64,000 nucleotides of DNA from an uncultured Gemmataceae bacterium (GTDB lineage: Bacteria; Planctomycetota; Planctomycetia; Gemmatales; Gemmataceae), in the NCBI GenBank assembly GCA_963750165.1, contig CAVVPN010000011.1:1056001-1120000 (forward strand), given 5' to 3'. The stretch's first letter is position 1, and the number at the start of each line of letters is the position of its first letter. Made by a program: the position numbers and the translations under genes. Below the pieces are notes generated by a model. That model did no database searches and was not told where the DNA came from. It worked only from the letters and a program-made list of their open reading frames with translations. Of this stretch, positions 11,223 to 20,502 are shown in pieces.

Positions 11223-12762
11223 CGAATGGCACTTAGTTCTTTCTAATGCCTTTGCGCATCTCCTGTTTGGTCTCGCGCCTCGGTTTTCGGAGGAAGCCGT
11301 AGTGCTTGGGCCGCCGTTTCCGTTGCCGCGGCTCATACCGGTCCGGCCGGTCCGCGACGCGATGACTGGCAATGGCCGCGAGGATCTGCTGGTAGAGTTC
11401 CCTGCGCAGGGCGGCGTCCTGCTCGCCCCGGAGTGCCAGCACGGGTTGGAACGCCGCCAACGTTTGCAGGGCGCCCTTGAAGCTGATCGACCTCGGTTCG
11501 AGGCCGTGCGCGCTCGCCGCCTGGGCCATGACCGTGCGGACCAAGTTGTAGGCCAGGAGGTGCGCCCAGATCTCCTTGCGCACCATCTCCGGCGTCTTGC
11601 ACCGCAGGACGCGCATCTGCATCGTCTCTTTCAGGGATCTCAGATCAAGTTCGGCATTCCAGCGCGCACGGTAGAGCTGCCCCAGGTCCTCCTTGGTAAT
11701 CTCTGCCGGGTCCAGCAGCGTCGTGGCCACGATGAGGGTGGTGATGCGGAAGCCCGGCTGCTCGACCTGCACCCGGCACTCCCGGACGGTCAGGGACTCG
11801 GGCAGCATCGCGTACGCGGCGCGATCGATGGTGCGGGGCTTGGGCGGCTTGGGCCACACGACGACGTGGTCGCCTTTCCCCAGGCGCCGGCCGCGGCGGA
11901 AGTCCGCCCGGCGGTGCGACGAGAAGCGGCAGACGCTGTCGACGCCGCGCTCCTTGAGCAGGACCATCTCCGTCCAGGCGCACAGCAGCCGGTCGGCGAG
12001 CACGACGTCCCCAGGTCGGAACAGGTCCAGCAGGGTGCGCAGCATGCCCAGTTCGCTCTGCCCCTTGCCCGCGTAGCGGCACAGGGCCAGGTCAAGGACC
12101 GCGCCGCAGGCCAGCGAGAAGACGGCGGCGATCCGCGCCAGCGGGAAGCCCAGGCCGGGCTTCTGCGTGCCGGGCTGCGGGTAGTCGCGCTGGTTCGCCG
12201 GTGTATCGGGCATCGACGCCGACGAGCCGTCGTAGACGTGGACGCGGCGGCGCTTCCACAGCCACTGCGGCTCGACGGCGGCGTCCAGGGCGCGCCCCGT
12301 CTGGCGGGCCACGTCGGCGACGAACGCTTCCGGCAGGCGCTGGCGGGCCTGGCAGTAGGCGCCGGTCTGGGCCGAGCAAGGGCTTTGCCCCCGGGCGAGG
12401 CGGTGGGCCAGCAGGCGCGCGACGGCGGCGCGGCAGGAGTGGTCGGCGCTGAGGACCTGGCCCAGGAAGACCCAGAGCGTGACCAGCGGGGAAAAGATCC
12501 GGTCCAGCCAGCCGGTGAGGGTGGCCAGCGCCTGGGCGATGACCCCTTCGGTGAGGACGTCGGTGAACGGCAGGTCGCCGTCCTGGAGGAATTGCCGCCT
12601 CAGGAAGTTCGCCTGAGCGCGGAAGGGCCTTGGTTTACAATGGCGCATCGCGGGCCTCCTTGGCGGGGATGGGATGGTTGCCAAACTCCATCTTCCCAAG
12701 CGAGGCCCGCTTTGCCTATGTCACCTTCTCCTTTCGGCTTACGGAGATCTATGTGCCATTCG
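11223..12762 (-). mobile_element. IS4-family insertion sequence, copy A1
   Basis: Imperfect terminal inverted repeats cgaatggcacttagttct / agatctatgtgccattcg bracket a DDE transposase. Nearly identical to 20503-22042. Confidence 0.92.
11233..12648 (-). CDS. IS4-family DDE transposase
   Basis: YDGS, LADR, and the LYRARWNAELDLRSLK (Y-R-E-K) signature. Confidence 0.93.
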   Translation of the reverse strand: MRHCKPRPFRAQANFLRRQFLQDGDLPFTDVLTEGVIAQALATLTGWLDRIFSPLVTLWVFLGQVLSADHSCRAAVARLLAHRLARGQSPCSAQTGAYCQARQRLPEAFVADVARQTGRALDAAVEPQWLWKRRRVHVYDGSSASMPDTPANQRDYPQPGTQKPGLGFPLARIAAVFSLACGAVLDLALCRYAGKGQSELGMLRTLLDLFRPGDVVLADRLLCAWTEMVLLKERGVDSVCRFSSHRRADFRRGRRLGKGDHVVVWPKPPKPRTIDRAAYAMLPESLTVRECRVQVEQPGFRITTLIVATTLLDPAEITKEDLGQLYRARWNAELDLRSLKETMQMRVLRCKTPEMVRKEIWAHLLAYNLVRTVMAQAASAHGLEPRSISFKGALQTLAAFQPVLALRGEQDAALRRELYQQILAAIASHRVADRPDRYEPRQRKRRPKHYGFLRKPRRETKQEMRKGIRKN

Positions 12763-12842
12763 TCGATGTGACCGGCGAGCGCAACAGCGAGGGCCAAACT
12801 GCATGCGGTGGGGCGGACCGAAGTGCGCAACGTCTTCGTCGG

Positions 12843-12910
12843 TCTGGCGACCACCCATCCCAGCCGGAGGTGCCTGGCCTTGTAGATCACCCCTATGCCG
12901 CCTCGGCGGT
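12843..12910 (-). pseudogene. Relic of a Ser/Thr kinase Gly-rich loop
   Basis: Translates RRGGIGVIYKARHLRLGWVVA; compare [21 protein letters not shown] in the kinase at 7131. Confidence 0.55.
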
Positions 12911-12958
12911 GGTCAGCCTTTCCCGCCGACCGCCATCTTTTTGCCTTCCTGTCCGGGC

Positions 12959-15900
12959 TCAGTTCTTCTGGCCCTTGGCTTCTTTCAGATGCTCGCGCAC
13001 AGTCAGGGTGAAGGCGCCGCTGTCCGCGTTGAAGGAACTGGCCCGAATACGGTAGGTGCCGTCCTGCGCGGCGCGGAAGACGATGCGGGCGTTGCGGCCG
13101 CCGCCCGAGTCGTCGTCCTCCGCCAGCTTCTTGCCCGTGGCGTCATGGAGGTACAGGTACGGGTTGAGGGCTTTCTGGTCGGGGCTGACCATGTCGATGA
13201 CGTAGGTCTTGCCGGCCGCGAATTTCACCTGGTAGGCGAGCGCCGGGGTCTGGGCATCCAGCTGGCCCTTGAGCTCCAGACCGGCGCCGACCTCGTGAAC
13301 CGGGCCGACGAGCTTGCCGGTGTACCGCTGCTGCTCCATGCGCCACCTGGCCGCTTCGTCCTTCTTGCCCATCGCCTCATAGAGTTGCACGAGCCGCTGG
13401 GCGGCCTCGGGCAGCCAAACTTTGCCTGGCAGCGGGATCGTCTTCTCGCGCTGCTTCATCCCCTCGTAGCCCTTCAGCAGCAGCGGTTCGGCCTCGGCGT
13501 ACTTCTGCTGGCCCACCAGCGCTGCGCCGAGCAGCGACTGCATGTTGAACGTCGTCCAGGCGTCGGGCTGGGTCTTCTCACGGATGGTCAGGCACTCGCG
13601 GAGCAATGGGTCGGCCTCGGCCCATTTTTGCTGCTCCAGCAGGGCCAGGCCGATCGGGGCGAGCTGGCCAGCCAGTTGGGGGCTGTCCTTGGGCAGCGCT
13701 TTGCGGATCTCGTGCAACTGTTCCGAGACCAAGTTGGCCAACTTGGCGTTCTCGCCGGCCTTCGCGTAGGCGAGGAGCAAATGCTCGCCTGCAAAGCGCA
13801 GATTCGGGTATTGCTTGGCGCCCCGGTAGGCCTCTTCGAGCAGCGGCATGGCTTCCTGGAGACGGCCCGCGTCCTTGTAGTTGACCCCCAGTTTGGCCAC
13901 GGTCAGGAGCGTGTCGGCGTGCTGCCTGCCCAGCCTCTTCTCCTGAAGTTGCAGAGTCCTTTCAAAGAGCGGGATCGACTGATCCAGGCGTTTCAGCCAC
14001 CAGTACGCTGCCGCCAGGTTGTTCATGGTGCTGAGCGTATCGGGATGATCGGGGTCGAGCTTCGCCTGCCGGAGCTTGAGCGTCTGCTCGAACAGCGGCA
14101 GGGCCAGGTCGAGCTTCCCGGCTGCCTGATAGGCATAGGCGAGGTTGTCCATGCTGAGGAGCGTGTCGGGATGGTCGGGGCCAAGTTTGACGCGGCGGAG
14201 CTTGAGCGTCTCCTGGTAGAGCGGCAGGGCCAGGTTCAGCTTCCGGGCTGCCTTGTACGCCACGGCGAGATTGTTCATGCTGCTGAGCGTGAGGGGATGG
14301 TCGGGGCCGAGTGTGGCCTGGCGGAGCTTGAGCGTCTGCTCGAAGAGCGGCAGGGCCAGGTCCCGCTTGCCGACTTCATGATACGCCACAGCGAGGCCGT
14401 TCATGCTTTGGAGCGTGTCGGCATGCTCGGGGCCGCGTGTGGCTTTCATGAGCTTGAGCGTCTGCTCGAACAGCGGCAGGGCCAGGTCGAGCTTCCCGGC
14501 TGCCCGATACGCCCCAGCGAGGTTGTTCATGCTGAGGAGCGTGTCGGGATGGTCGGGGCCAAGTTTGACGCGGCGGAGCTTGAGCGTTTGCTCGAACAGC
14601 GACAGGGCCGGGTCTCGCTTGCCGGCATCCAGATACGCCGCAGCGAGGTTGTTCATGCTTTGGAGCGTCTGGGGATGCTCGGGGCCGAGTGTGGCCTGGC
14701 GGAGCTTGAGTGTCTGCTCGAAGAGCGGCAGGGCCAGGTCCCGCTTGCCGGCATCCAGATACGCCGCAGCGAGGTCGTTCATGCTTTGGAGCGTCTGGGG
14801 ATGCTCGGGGCCGAGTCTGGCTTTTTGGCGCTTGAGCGTCTCCTCACCGAGCGGCAGGGCCAGGTCCAGATTCCCGGCTTCCCGATACGCCTCGGCAAGG
14901 TTGTTCATGCTGAGGAGCGTGTCGGGATGCTCGGGGCCGAGTTTTACCTGGCGGCGCTTGAACGTCTCCTCGCAGAGCGACAGGGCCAGGTCCCGCTTCC
15001 CGGCTGCATGATACACCGCCGCGAGGTTGTTCATGGTGGACAGCGTGTCGGGATGGTCAGGGCCGAGTGTGGTTTTTTGGCGCGTGCGCGTCTCCTCGTA
15101 GAGCGGCAGGGCCAGGTCGATCTTCCCAGCTTCATAATACGCCGCAGCGAGGCCGTTCATGCTGCTGAGCGTGAGGGGATGGTCGGGGCCGAGTGTGGCC
15201 TTCATGAGCTTGAGCGTCTGCTCCAGGAGCGGCAGGGCCAGGTCCCGCTTGCCGGCATCATGATACGCCACGGCGAGGTTACCCATGCTGAGGAGCGTGT
15301 CGGGATGCTCGGGGCCGAGTTTGACCTGGCGAAGCGCCAGCGCCCGTTGCAGGTAGCCCAGCGCCCGCTCGAATTCGCCGACCCCGCGGTAGGTATTCCC
15401 CACCGTCTGCAGGATTTCCGCCTGCAAAAGCGGCTGCCGGGGGAAGTTCGTCTCGATCTTCGCCTCGGTGAGTTCCTCGGCGGCCCGGTCGAGCAACTCC
15501 CGGATAGTCGGATTGGCCTTCGCCCGGGCCGCCAGGCCGCCCGCCTGCAGCAGCGCGTTGGCCTGCGTCGTCACGTCCGCCAGGCCGAGCAATTTCTGCA
15601 GCAGGTAGTGCTTGACCGCGACGGCGATCGCCTTTTCGTCCTCGGCCTTCTGCTTTTGGTCTTCCGCGTCCAGCTTCGCCGCCCGTTCCGCCGCGGCGGC
15701 GGTCTCCGCCAAGGTCTTTTTCTCCTCGGCCTCCCGCTTCGCCGCCGCTTCCGCCTTGGCCGCGTCCAGCGCTTTGGCGCGATCGGTCAGGGCCTCCCGT
15801 GTGGCTTGCCGCTGGGCCGCGGCCGACTGCTCCGCCCGGATCAGCCCCCATGTCGTCCCCACGATCCCGGCGAGGAGGGCCAGCAGCACCAGGCCCGCCG

Positions 15901-17158
15901 CGATCACTTGCGGCCGGTGGCGGCGGACGAACTTCCGCAGCCGGTAGGCCGTGCTCGGCGGGTGCGCCAGCACCGGCTCGCCGGCGAGGTAGCGGTTCAC
16001 GTCCGCCGCGAAACCGTTGGCCGTCTCGTAGCGCCGCGTGCGGTCCTTCTCCAGCGCCTTCATCACGATCCAGTCCAGCTCGTTGCGCAACAGGCCCGTC
16101 AGCAGCTTCGGCTCGGTGCCGCGGTTGGCCGACAGCGTCGGCAGGCCGTCGGCCGTGCTCAGCTTCGCACTGGGCCGCGGCGGCTCCTCCTCGCGCACCA
16201 CCCGCAGCATCTCCGGGAGGCCTTTCTTCTCCAGTACCTTCCGCGAAAACGGCGGCGCGCCGGTCAGCAGTTCGTACAGCAGCACCCCCAGCGCATACAC
16301 GTCGGAGCGCGTGTCGATGTCCACGTTGTTGAACGTGGCCTGCTCCGGCGACATGTACTCGGGCGTGCCGACCACGCCGCCGAAGCCGGTGTCGATGGTC
16401 TCTTCGGTCAGCGCCGCGCCGGTCGCCTTGGCCACGCCGAAGTCGATGACCTTCACCATCGGCCGGTCGTCGTAGAGGGCGACCAGCACGTTGGAGGGCT
16501 TGATGTCGCGGTGGATGATGCCTTTCTGGTGCGCGTGCTGAATGGCCTGGCAGACCGACACGAACAGCTCCAGCCGCTGTCTTGGGGTGAGCTTGCAGCG
16601 GTCGCAATACTCGGTGATGGGCACGCCCTTGACCAGTTCCATGACGAAGAACGGCCGGTGTTCGTGCAGGCCCCCGTCGAGCACCTTGGCGATGTTGGGG
16701 TGGTCCATCAGGGCCAGGGCCTGCCGCTCGGCCTCGAAGCGGCTGAGCACTTGCCTGGAGTCCATGCCGGCCTTGATGAGCTTGACGGCGACGAAGCGCT
16801 TGACCGGTTCGGTCTGCCTGGCGCGCCAGACGGCGCCCATGCCCCCCTCGCCGATCCCTTCGACCAGCGCGTACTTGCCGGCGATGACCGTGCCGGCCTG
16901 CACGTTGGTGCCGGGGTAGTCCACGGTCGGGGTGCAGCGGCCGCGCTTTTTCAGCCGCAGCAGCAGGGCGTCGGCCATCTCGGGGGTGGCCTGAGCCGGG
17001 CCCGGAGTAGACAGGCTGCCCGCGAGGAGCTTTTCGAGTCGAGCCTGGCATTCCGCACAGCGCTCGACGTGCCGCGCCAGCGCGGCGTCCTCGCTGGTCT
17101 CCAGACGGTCGTCGAGGAGCTTCTCCAACTGCTCCTGGGGCGGACAGCGCGCGCTCAT
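12959..17158 (-). CDS. Ser/Thr kinase with N-terminal Zn-finger, TM segment, ~11 TPR repeats of 42 aa and a C-terminal PPC-like domain
   Basis: HVERCAEC; GEGGMG, HRDIKPSN, DFG, GTPEYMSPE; repeated LGP[DE]HP.TL.SMNNLA; C-terminal PYLYLHD..G..LAEDDDSGGG.NARI. Start overlaps the sigma stop (ATGA). Confidence 0.93.
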   Translation of the reverse strand: MSARCPPQEQLEKLLDDRLETSEDAALARHVERCAECQARLEKLLAGSLSTPGPAQATPEMADALLLRLKKRGRCTPTVDYPGTNVQAGTVIAGKYALVEGIGEGGMGAVWRARQTEPVKRFVAVKLIKAGMDSRQVLSRFEAERQALALMDHPNIAKVLDGGLHEHRPFFVMELVKGVPITEYCDRCKLTPRQRLELFVSVCQAIQHAHQKGIIHRDIKPSNVLVALYDDRPMVKVIDFGVAKATGAALTEETIDTGFGGVVGTPEYMSPEQATFNNVDIDTRSDVYALGVLLYELLTGAPPFSRKVLEKKGLPEMLRVVREEEPPRPSAKLSTADGLPTLSANRGTEPKLLTGLLRNELDWIVMKALEKDRTRRYETANGFAADVNRYLAGEPVLAHPPSTAYRLRKFVRRHRPQVIAAGLVLLALLAGIVGTTWGLIRAEQSAAAQRQATREALTDRAKALDAAKAEAAAKREAEEKKTLAETAAAAERAAKLDAEDQKQKAEDEKAIAVAVKHYLLQKLLGLADVTTQANALLQAGGLAARAKANPTIRELLDRAAEELTEAKIETNFPRQPLLQAEILQTVGNTYRGVGEFERALGYLQRALALRQVKLGPEHPDTLLSMGNLAVAYHDAGKRDLALPLLEQTLKLMKATLGPDHPLTLSSMNGLAAAYYEAGKIDLALPLYEETRTRQKTTLGPDHPDTLSTMNNLAAVYHAAGKRDLALSLCEETFKRRQVKLGPEHPDTLLSMNNLAEAYREAGNLDLALPLGEETLKRQKARLGPEHPQTLQSMNDLAAAYLDAGKRDLALPLFEQTLKLRQATLGPEHPQTLQSMNNLAAAYLDAGKRDPALSLFEQTLKLRRVKLGPDHPDTLLSMNNLAGAYRAAGKLDLALPLFEQTLKLMKATRGPEHADTLQSMNGLAVAYHEVGKRDLALPLFEQTLKLRQATLGPDHPLTLSSMNNLAVAYKAARKLNLALPLYQETLKLRRVKLGPDHPDTLLSMDNLAYAYQAAGKLDLALPLFEQTLKLRQAKLDPDHPDTLSTMNNLAAAYWWLKRLDQSIPLFERTLQLQEKRLGRQHADTLLTVAKLGVNYKDAGRLQEAMPLLEEAYRGAKQYPNLRFAGEHLLLAYAKAGENAKLANLVSEQLHEIRKALPKDSPQLAGQLAPIGLALLEQQKWAEADPLLRECLTIREKTQPDAWTTFNMQSLLGAALVGQQKYAEAEPLLLKGYEGMKQREKTIPLPGKVWLPEAAQRLVQLYEAMGKKDEAARWRMEQQRYTGKLVGPVHEVGAGLELKGQLDAQTPALAYQVKFAAGKTYVIDMVSPDQKALNPYLYLHDATGKKLAEDDDSGGGRNARIVFRAAQDGTYRIRASSFNADSGAFTLTVREHLKEAKGQKN
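13880..15370 (-). repeat. Intragenic 126-bp tandem TPR-coding repeats
   Basis: gagcggcagggccaggtc... recurs with 126-bp spacing. Confidence 0.85.
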
Positions 17159-17760
17159 GTGCCATCTCCTTCGAGTTTGCGAACCTCTTCCGCCAACATC
17201 TTCTGCACCCGGCACCGCGCCTTGAACACCGCGGCTACTTCCTTGCCGAGTCGAGCTGCCGCCTCGGCGCCGGTCAGCCCCTCCACCGCGGTCAACTGGA
17301 AGGCTTCCCAGCTGCTCGGCTCGACACGCAGGCGGATGCGGACGGTCGCCTCCTCCAGCACTTCACGGTCGAACTGCTCCTCCAGGCGCGCCACCAGGTC
17401 GTCTCGGGCCGGCAGCGTGTGCAAGCGTTCCTCCACCTCGCTGTCGCCGGTCCCCCTCCCGGCGCGCTGCCGCGACTCGACGAAATCGCTCCAGGCGTGG
17501 CGGGTCAGCGTCCTCAGCCAGCCGCGAAAACTTTTCGACGGATCGTAGGTGAACGTCCTCAGCTTGTTGTTTAGTTGGATCAGCACGATCTGCGTGATGT
17601 CCTCGATGTCGGCGTCCTGCAGCCGGGCCTGACGGCACCAGGCCAGGATGAGCCGGCCGTAGCGCTCGACGAACTGTTCCCAGGCCGCCTGATCGCTGGG
17701 CTGCTGCCGCAGCCGGCCCAGCAGCGTCGGGCTGGTCTGTGCGCTGGGAGTGTCGTCCAC
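17155..17760 (-). CDS. ECF sigma-70 factor, paralogue of 6471-7088
   Basis: TSPTLLGRL...DQAAWEQFVERY; FTYDPSKSFRGWL; HTH. GTG start inferred at 17760. Confidence 0.92.
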   Translation of the reverse strand: MDDTPSAQTSPTLLGRLRQQPSDQAAWEQFVERYGRLILAWCRQARLQDADIEDITQIVLIQLNNKLRTFTYDPSKSFRGWLRTLTRHAWSDFVESRQRAGRGTGDSEVEERLHTLPARDDLVARLEEQFDREVLEEATVRIRLRVEPSSWEAFQLTAVEGLTGAEAAARLGKEVAAVFKARCRVQKMLAEEVRKLEGDGT

Positions 17761-18049
17761 AGGACTTACGCCTTTCGCGGGCGAAACTGGACACTGCCGG
17801 CCCGACAATTCGCGGATTCCGCCAGGGGGAGCCTTTTCCAAAATATTACGAAATTCTGTGTCCACTTTCCGCTGCTTGTTCCGTACTCACTCCAGTCTCG
17901 GTGGATGACAACGTTCCGCAAAGAAGTCCTGGCCGGCGCTCGGGTGCGAAATCAGCCGCGATTTCCGGCTGAGTTCAGCCTACGGCGGAAACCATTCGCA
18001 ACCTCCTGGCGGAATCTATTGGATTGTGAATCCCCTTTTCGAGGTGTAT

Positions 18050-20436
18050 ATGCAACGCCAAGCAGTGGTGGCCTTCCTGGGTAGCTGCCTTGTGGCGGCC
18101 CTGAGCCTGTCAGGCCGCGCCCAAGACGCCAAAGAGCAAGCGGCGAAGAAGGACTTGCAGGCATCGAAGGACGCCAAACAGGAAGCGGCGAAGAAAATCG
18201 ACTTTGCGAAGGATGTAATGCCTCTATTCCGGCAGAACTGCATCGAGTGTCACGGCCCCAAGAAGCAAGAGAGCGGCATGCGCCTGGACCGCAGAAGCTC
18301 GGTGCTGAACCTCCGGCGGCGCGTCGTAGCCGGCGGCAGTGCCAACAGCAGGGTTTATCACAGGCTGGTCGGGGACGAGTATGGGCCCCAGATGCCTCCG
18401 ACGGGCGCCCTTGCGCGAAACAAATCGCCATCATCAAGGCCTGGATCGACCAGGGCGCCGATTGGCCGGATGCGCTCGCCAACGAGATTGCCTTGCCGCC
18501 CCTGAATCCGAAGGCCGTGGTCATGGTGGAAGCGCTCCGAAGCGACGACCTGGCGGCGTTCCTGAAGGCCGCCAAGGCCGATCCGAACCTGCTCAATGCG
18601 CGCGGACCGGAAGGCTCCACACCTTTCATGTATGCGGTCCTTTATTCGGACACCCAAACACTCGCCAAGCTCCTGAAAATGGGGGCTGATCCGAACAAAC
18701 GCAACGATGCCAACGCAACCGCGCTGATGTGGGCCGCGCGTGACCTTGAAAAAACGCGCCTTCTGGCCGATTACGGAGCTGATGTGAATGCACGCTCCGA
18801 CGATCTGCGCACGCCTCTGATGATCGCCGCCCGCCGCCCCGGGGCCGCGCCGATCGTGAAATTCCTGCTGGATAAAGGCGCCAAACCCAATCCCAATGCC
18901 AAGCCCACGGCCGAATCCTCACCACTGCTCGAAGCCCTCGCGGGCGGCGACCCCGCCATTGTCAAATTGCTCATCGAGCGTGGTGCGGACGCCAAAGCCG
19001 CCGCCGACGAAGGGCTCGCGCTGGCGGTCGCGACGAAATGCGACGATGGCCTCGCGCTGCTGGCGGCAAAAATCAGCGACAAGCAAGCGTACACCCGGGC
19101 GCTTCAGTATACGGCTGTTTTCGGCGACCTTGATGCCGTCCGCCTGATGCTGGATCGTGGCGCCGATGTGAATGCCTTTGACCGGAGCGGCAGAACGCCA
19201 CTGATGTACGCGGCGATCTCGGAGGTGCTGCCGCTGGACGTCGTCAAACTGCTGATCGACCGCGGCGCCGACGTGAATGCCAAAAACCGGCATACGAAGG
19301 CAGGTGACGCCGGACTCACCGTGCTCGATATCGCGACGCAAAACGGCAAGACGCCGATTGTCGATTTGCTGGTGAAGTCCGGCGCCAAGGCCAGTCCGCA
19401 GACGCCTGTGAAGCCGCGGCCGAAAAAGGCCAACTCCATCCGGAGCGCGGTCCAGGAAAGCCTGCCTTTGCTGCAGCGCGCGGATGCTTATTTTGCGAAA
19501 AGCGCCGGCTGCTTTTCCTGCCACAACAACAGCATGCAGGCCATGGCGCTAGGATTTGCCCGGAAGCGGGGATTGCGGATCGACGAAAAAACTGCGGCCG
19601 CGCAGGTGCGATTCAATGTCCAGGCGCTCGAAGGGCTGCGCGACAAGATGCATCAAGGCTACGTGTTTGCGGTAGGGGACACGTTTTCGGATTTCGTTGT
19701 TGGCTACGCGCTCCTGGGCCTTCACGCGGAGAATTACCAAGCCGACCTCAATACGGACGCTGCCGCCATGCTCATCCAGTCGCGGCAAAAGCCGAACGGC
19801 GAATGGCCCTATCCGCGCGCCGACATCCGGCCGCCGATCTGCTCGGCCTACATTGGTCAAACCGCCATTGCCATGCGTGCGCTTCAGGTCTATGCGCCGA
19901 AGACCGCCAAGGCGGAGTGCGACAAATCGGTTCGTCTCGCCGCTTCCTGGCTGGCCAAGGCGCAATCCCTCCATAACGAGGACCGGTGCTGGCGGTTAAC
20001 CGGGCTTGCCTGGGCGGCCACGGACCAAGCCGCGACACGACGCGCCATGCAGGAAGTGCTGACCACACAGCGGCCTGACGGTGGCTGGTCAGACCTCCCC
20101 TCCATGTCGAGCACGCCTTACGCCACCGCACGGAGCCTGGTCTCGCTCCAGATCGGCGGGCTGCCCGTTTCCGATCCGGCCTACCAACGCGGCATCAAAT
20201 TCCTGCTCGCCACCCAACAGGAAGATGGTACCTGGTACACGAAGACACGCGCCCTCGGCTTCCAGCCCTACTTCGACGGCAGTTTCCCGCATGGTTACGA
20301 TCAGTGGATATCGGCCGCAGCTACCAGTTGGGCCGCGATGGCGCTTTCACTGTCGCTGCCGGAAGCGAAATCTGAAACGGGCTCCAGGAGTCACCCTGGC
20401 CCGCTGCCCGAGAGAAGCTGTTCAAGTCGATTTTGA
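18050..20436 (+). CDS. Secreted protein: planctomycete cytochrome c, ankyrin repeats, second CxxCH, prenyltransferase/squalene-cyclase-like barrel; frameshift near 18415
   Basis: Signal peptide; DFAKDVMPLFRQNCIECHGP..QESGMRLD...MPP...IKAWIDQGA; G.TPLM.A...GADVN repeats; GCFSCHNN; Q..DG.W (QW-like) repeats. Confidence 0.82.
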
Positions 20437-20502
20437 CATCCCGAGGGCGGCCATCGCCGGCTGCTGAAATACATCTGGCGTTGCGCGCTTCGGACACATC
20501 GC

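Noticed and set aside
13880..15370. 126-bp tandem repeats as a CRISPR array or DGR
   Set aside because: They are in-frame TPR-coding units with no unique spacers, and no cas or reverse transcriptase gene is present in the window.
12674..17548. 1624-aa plus-strand ORF
   Set aside because: Antisense shadow of the TPR kinase and sigma genes.
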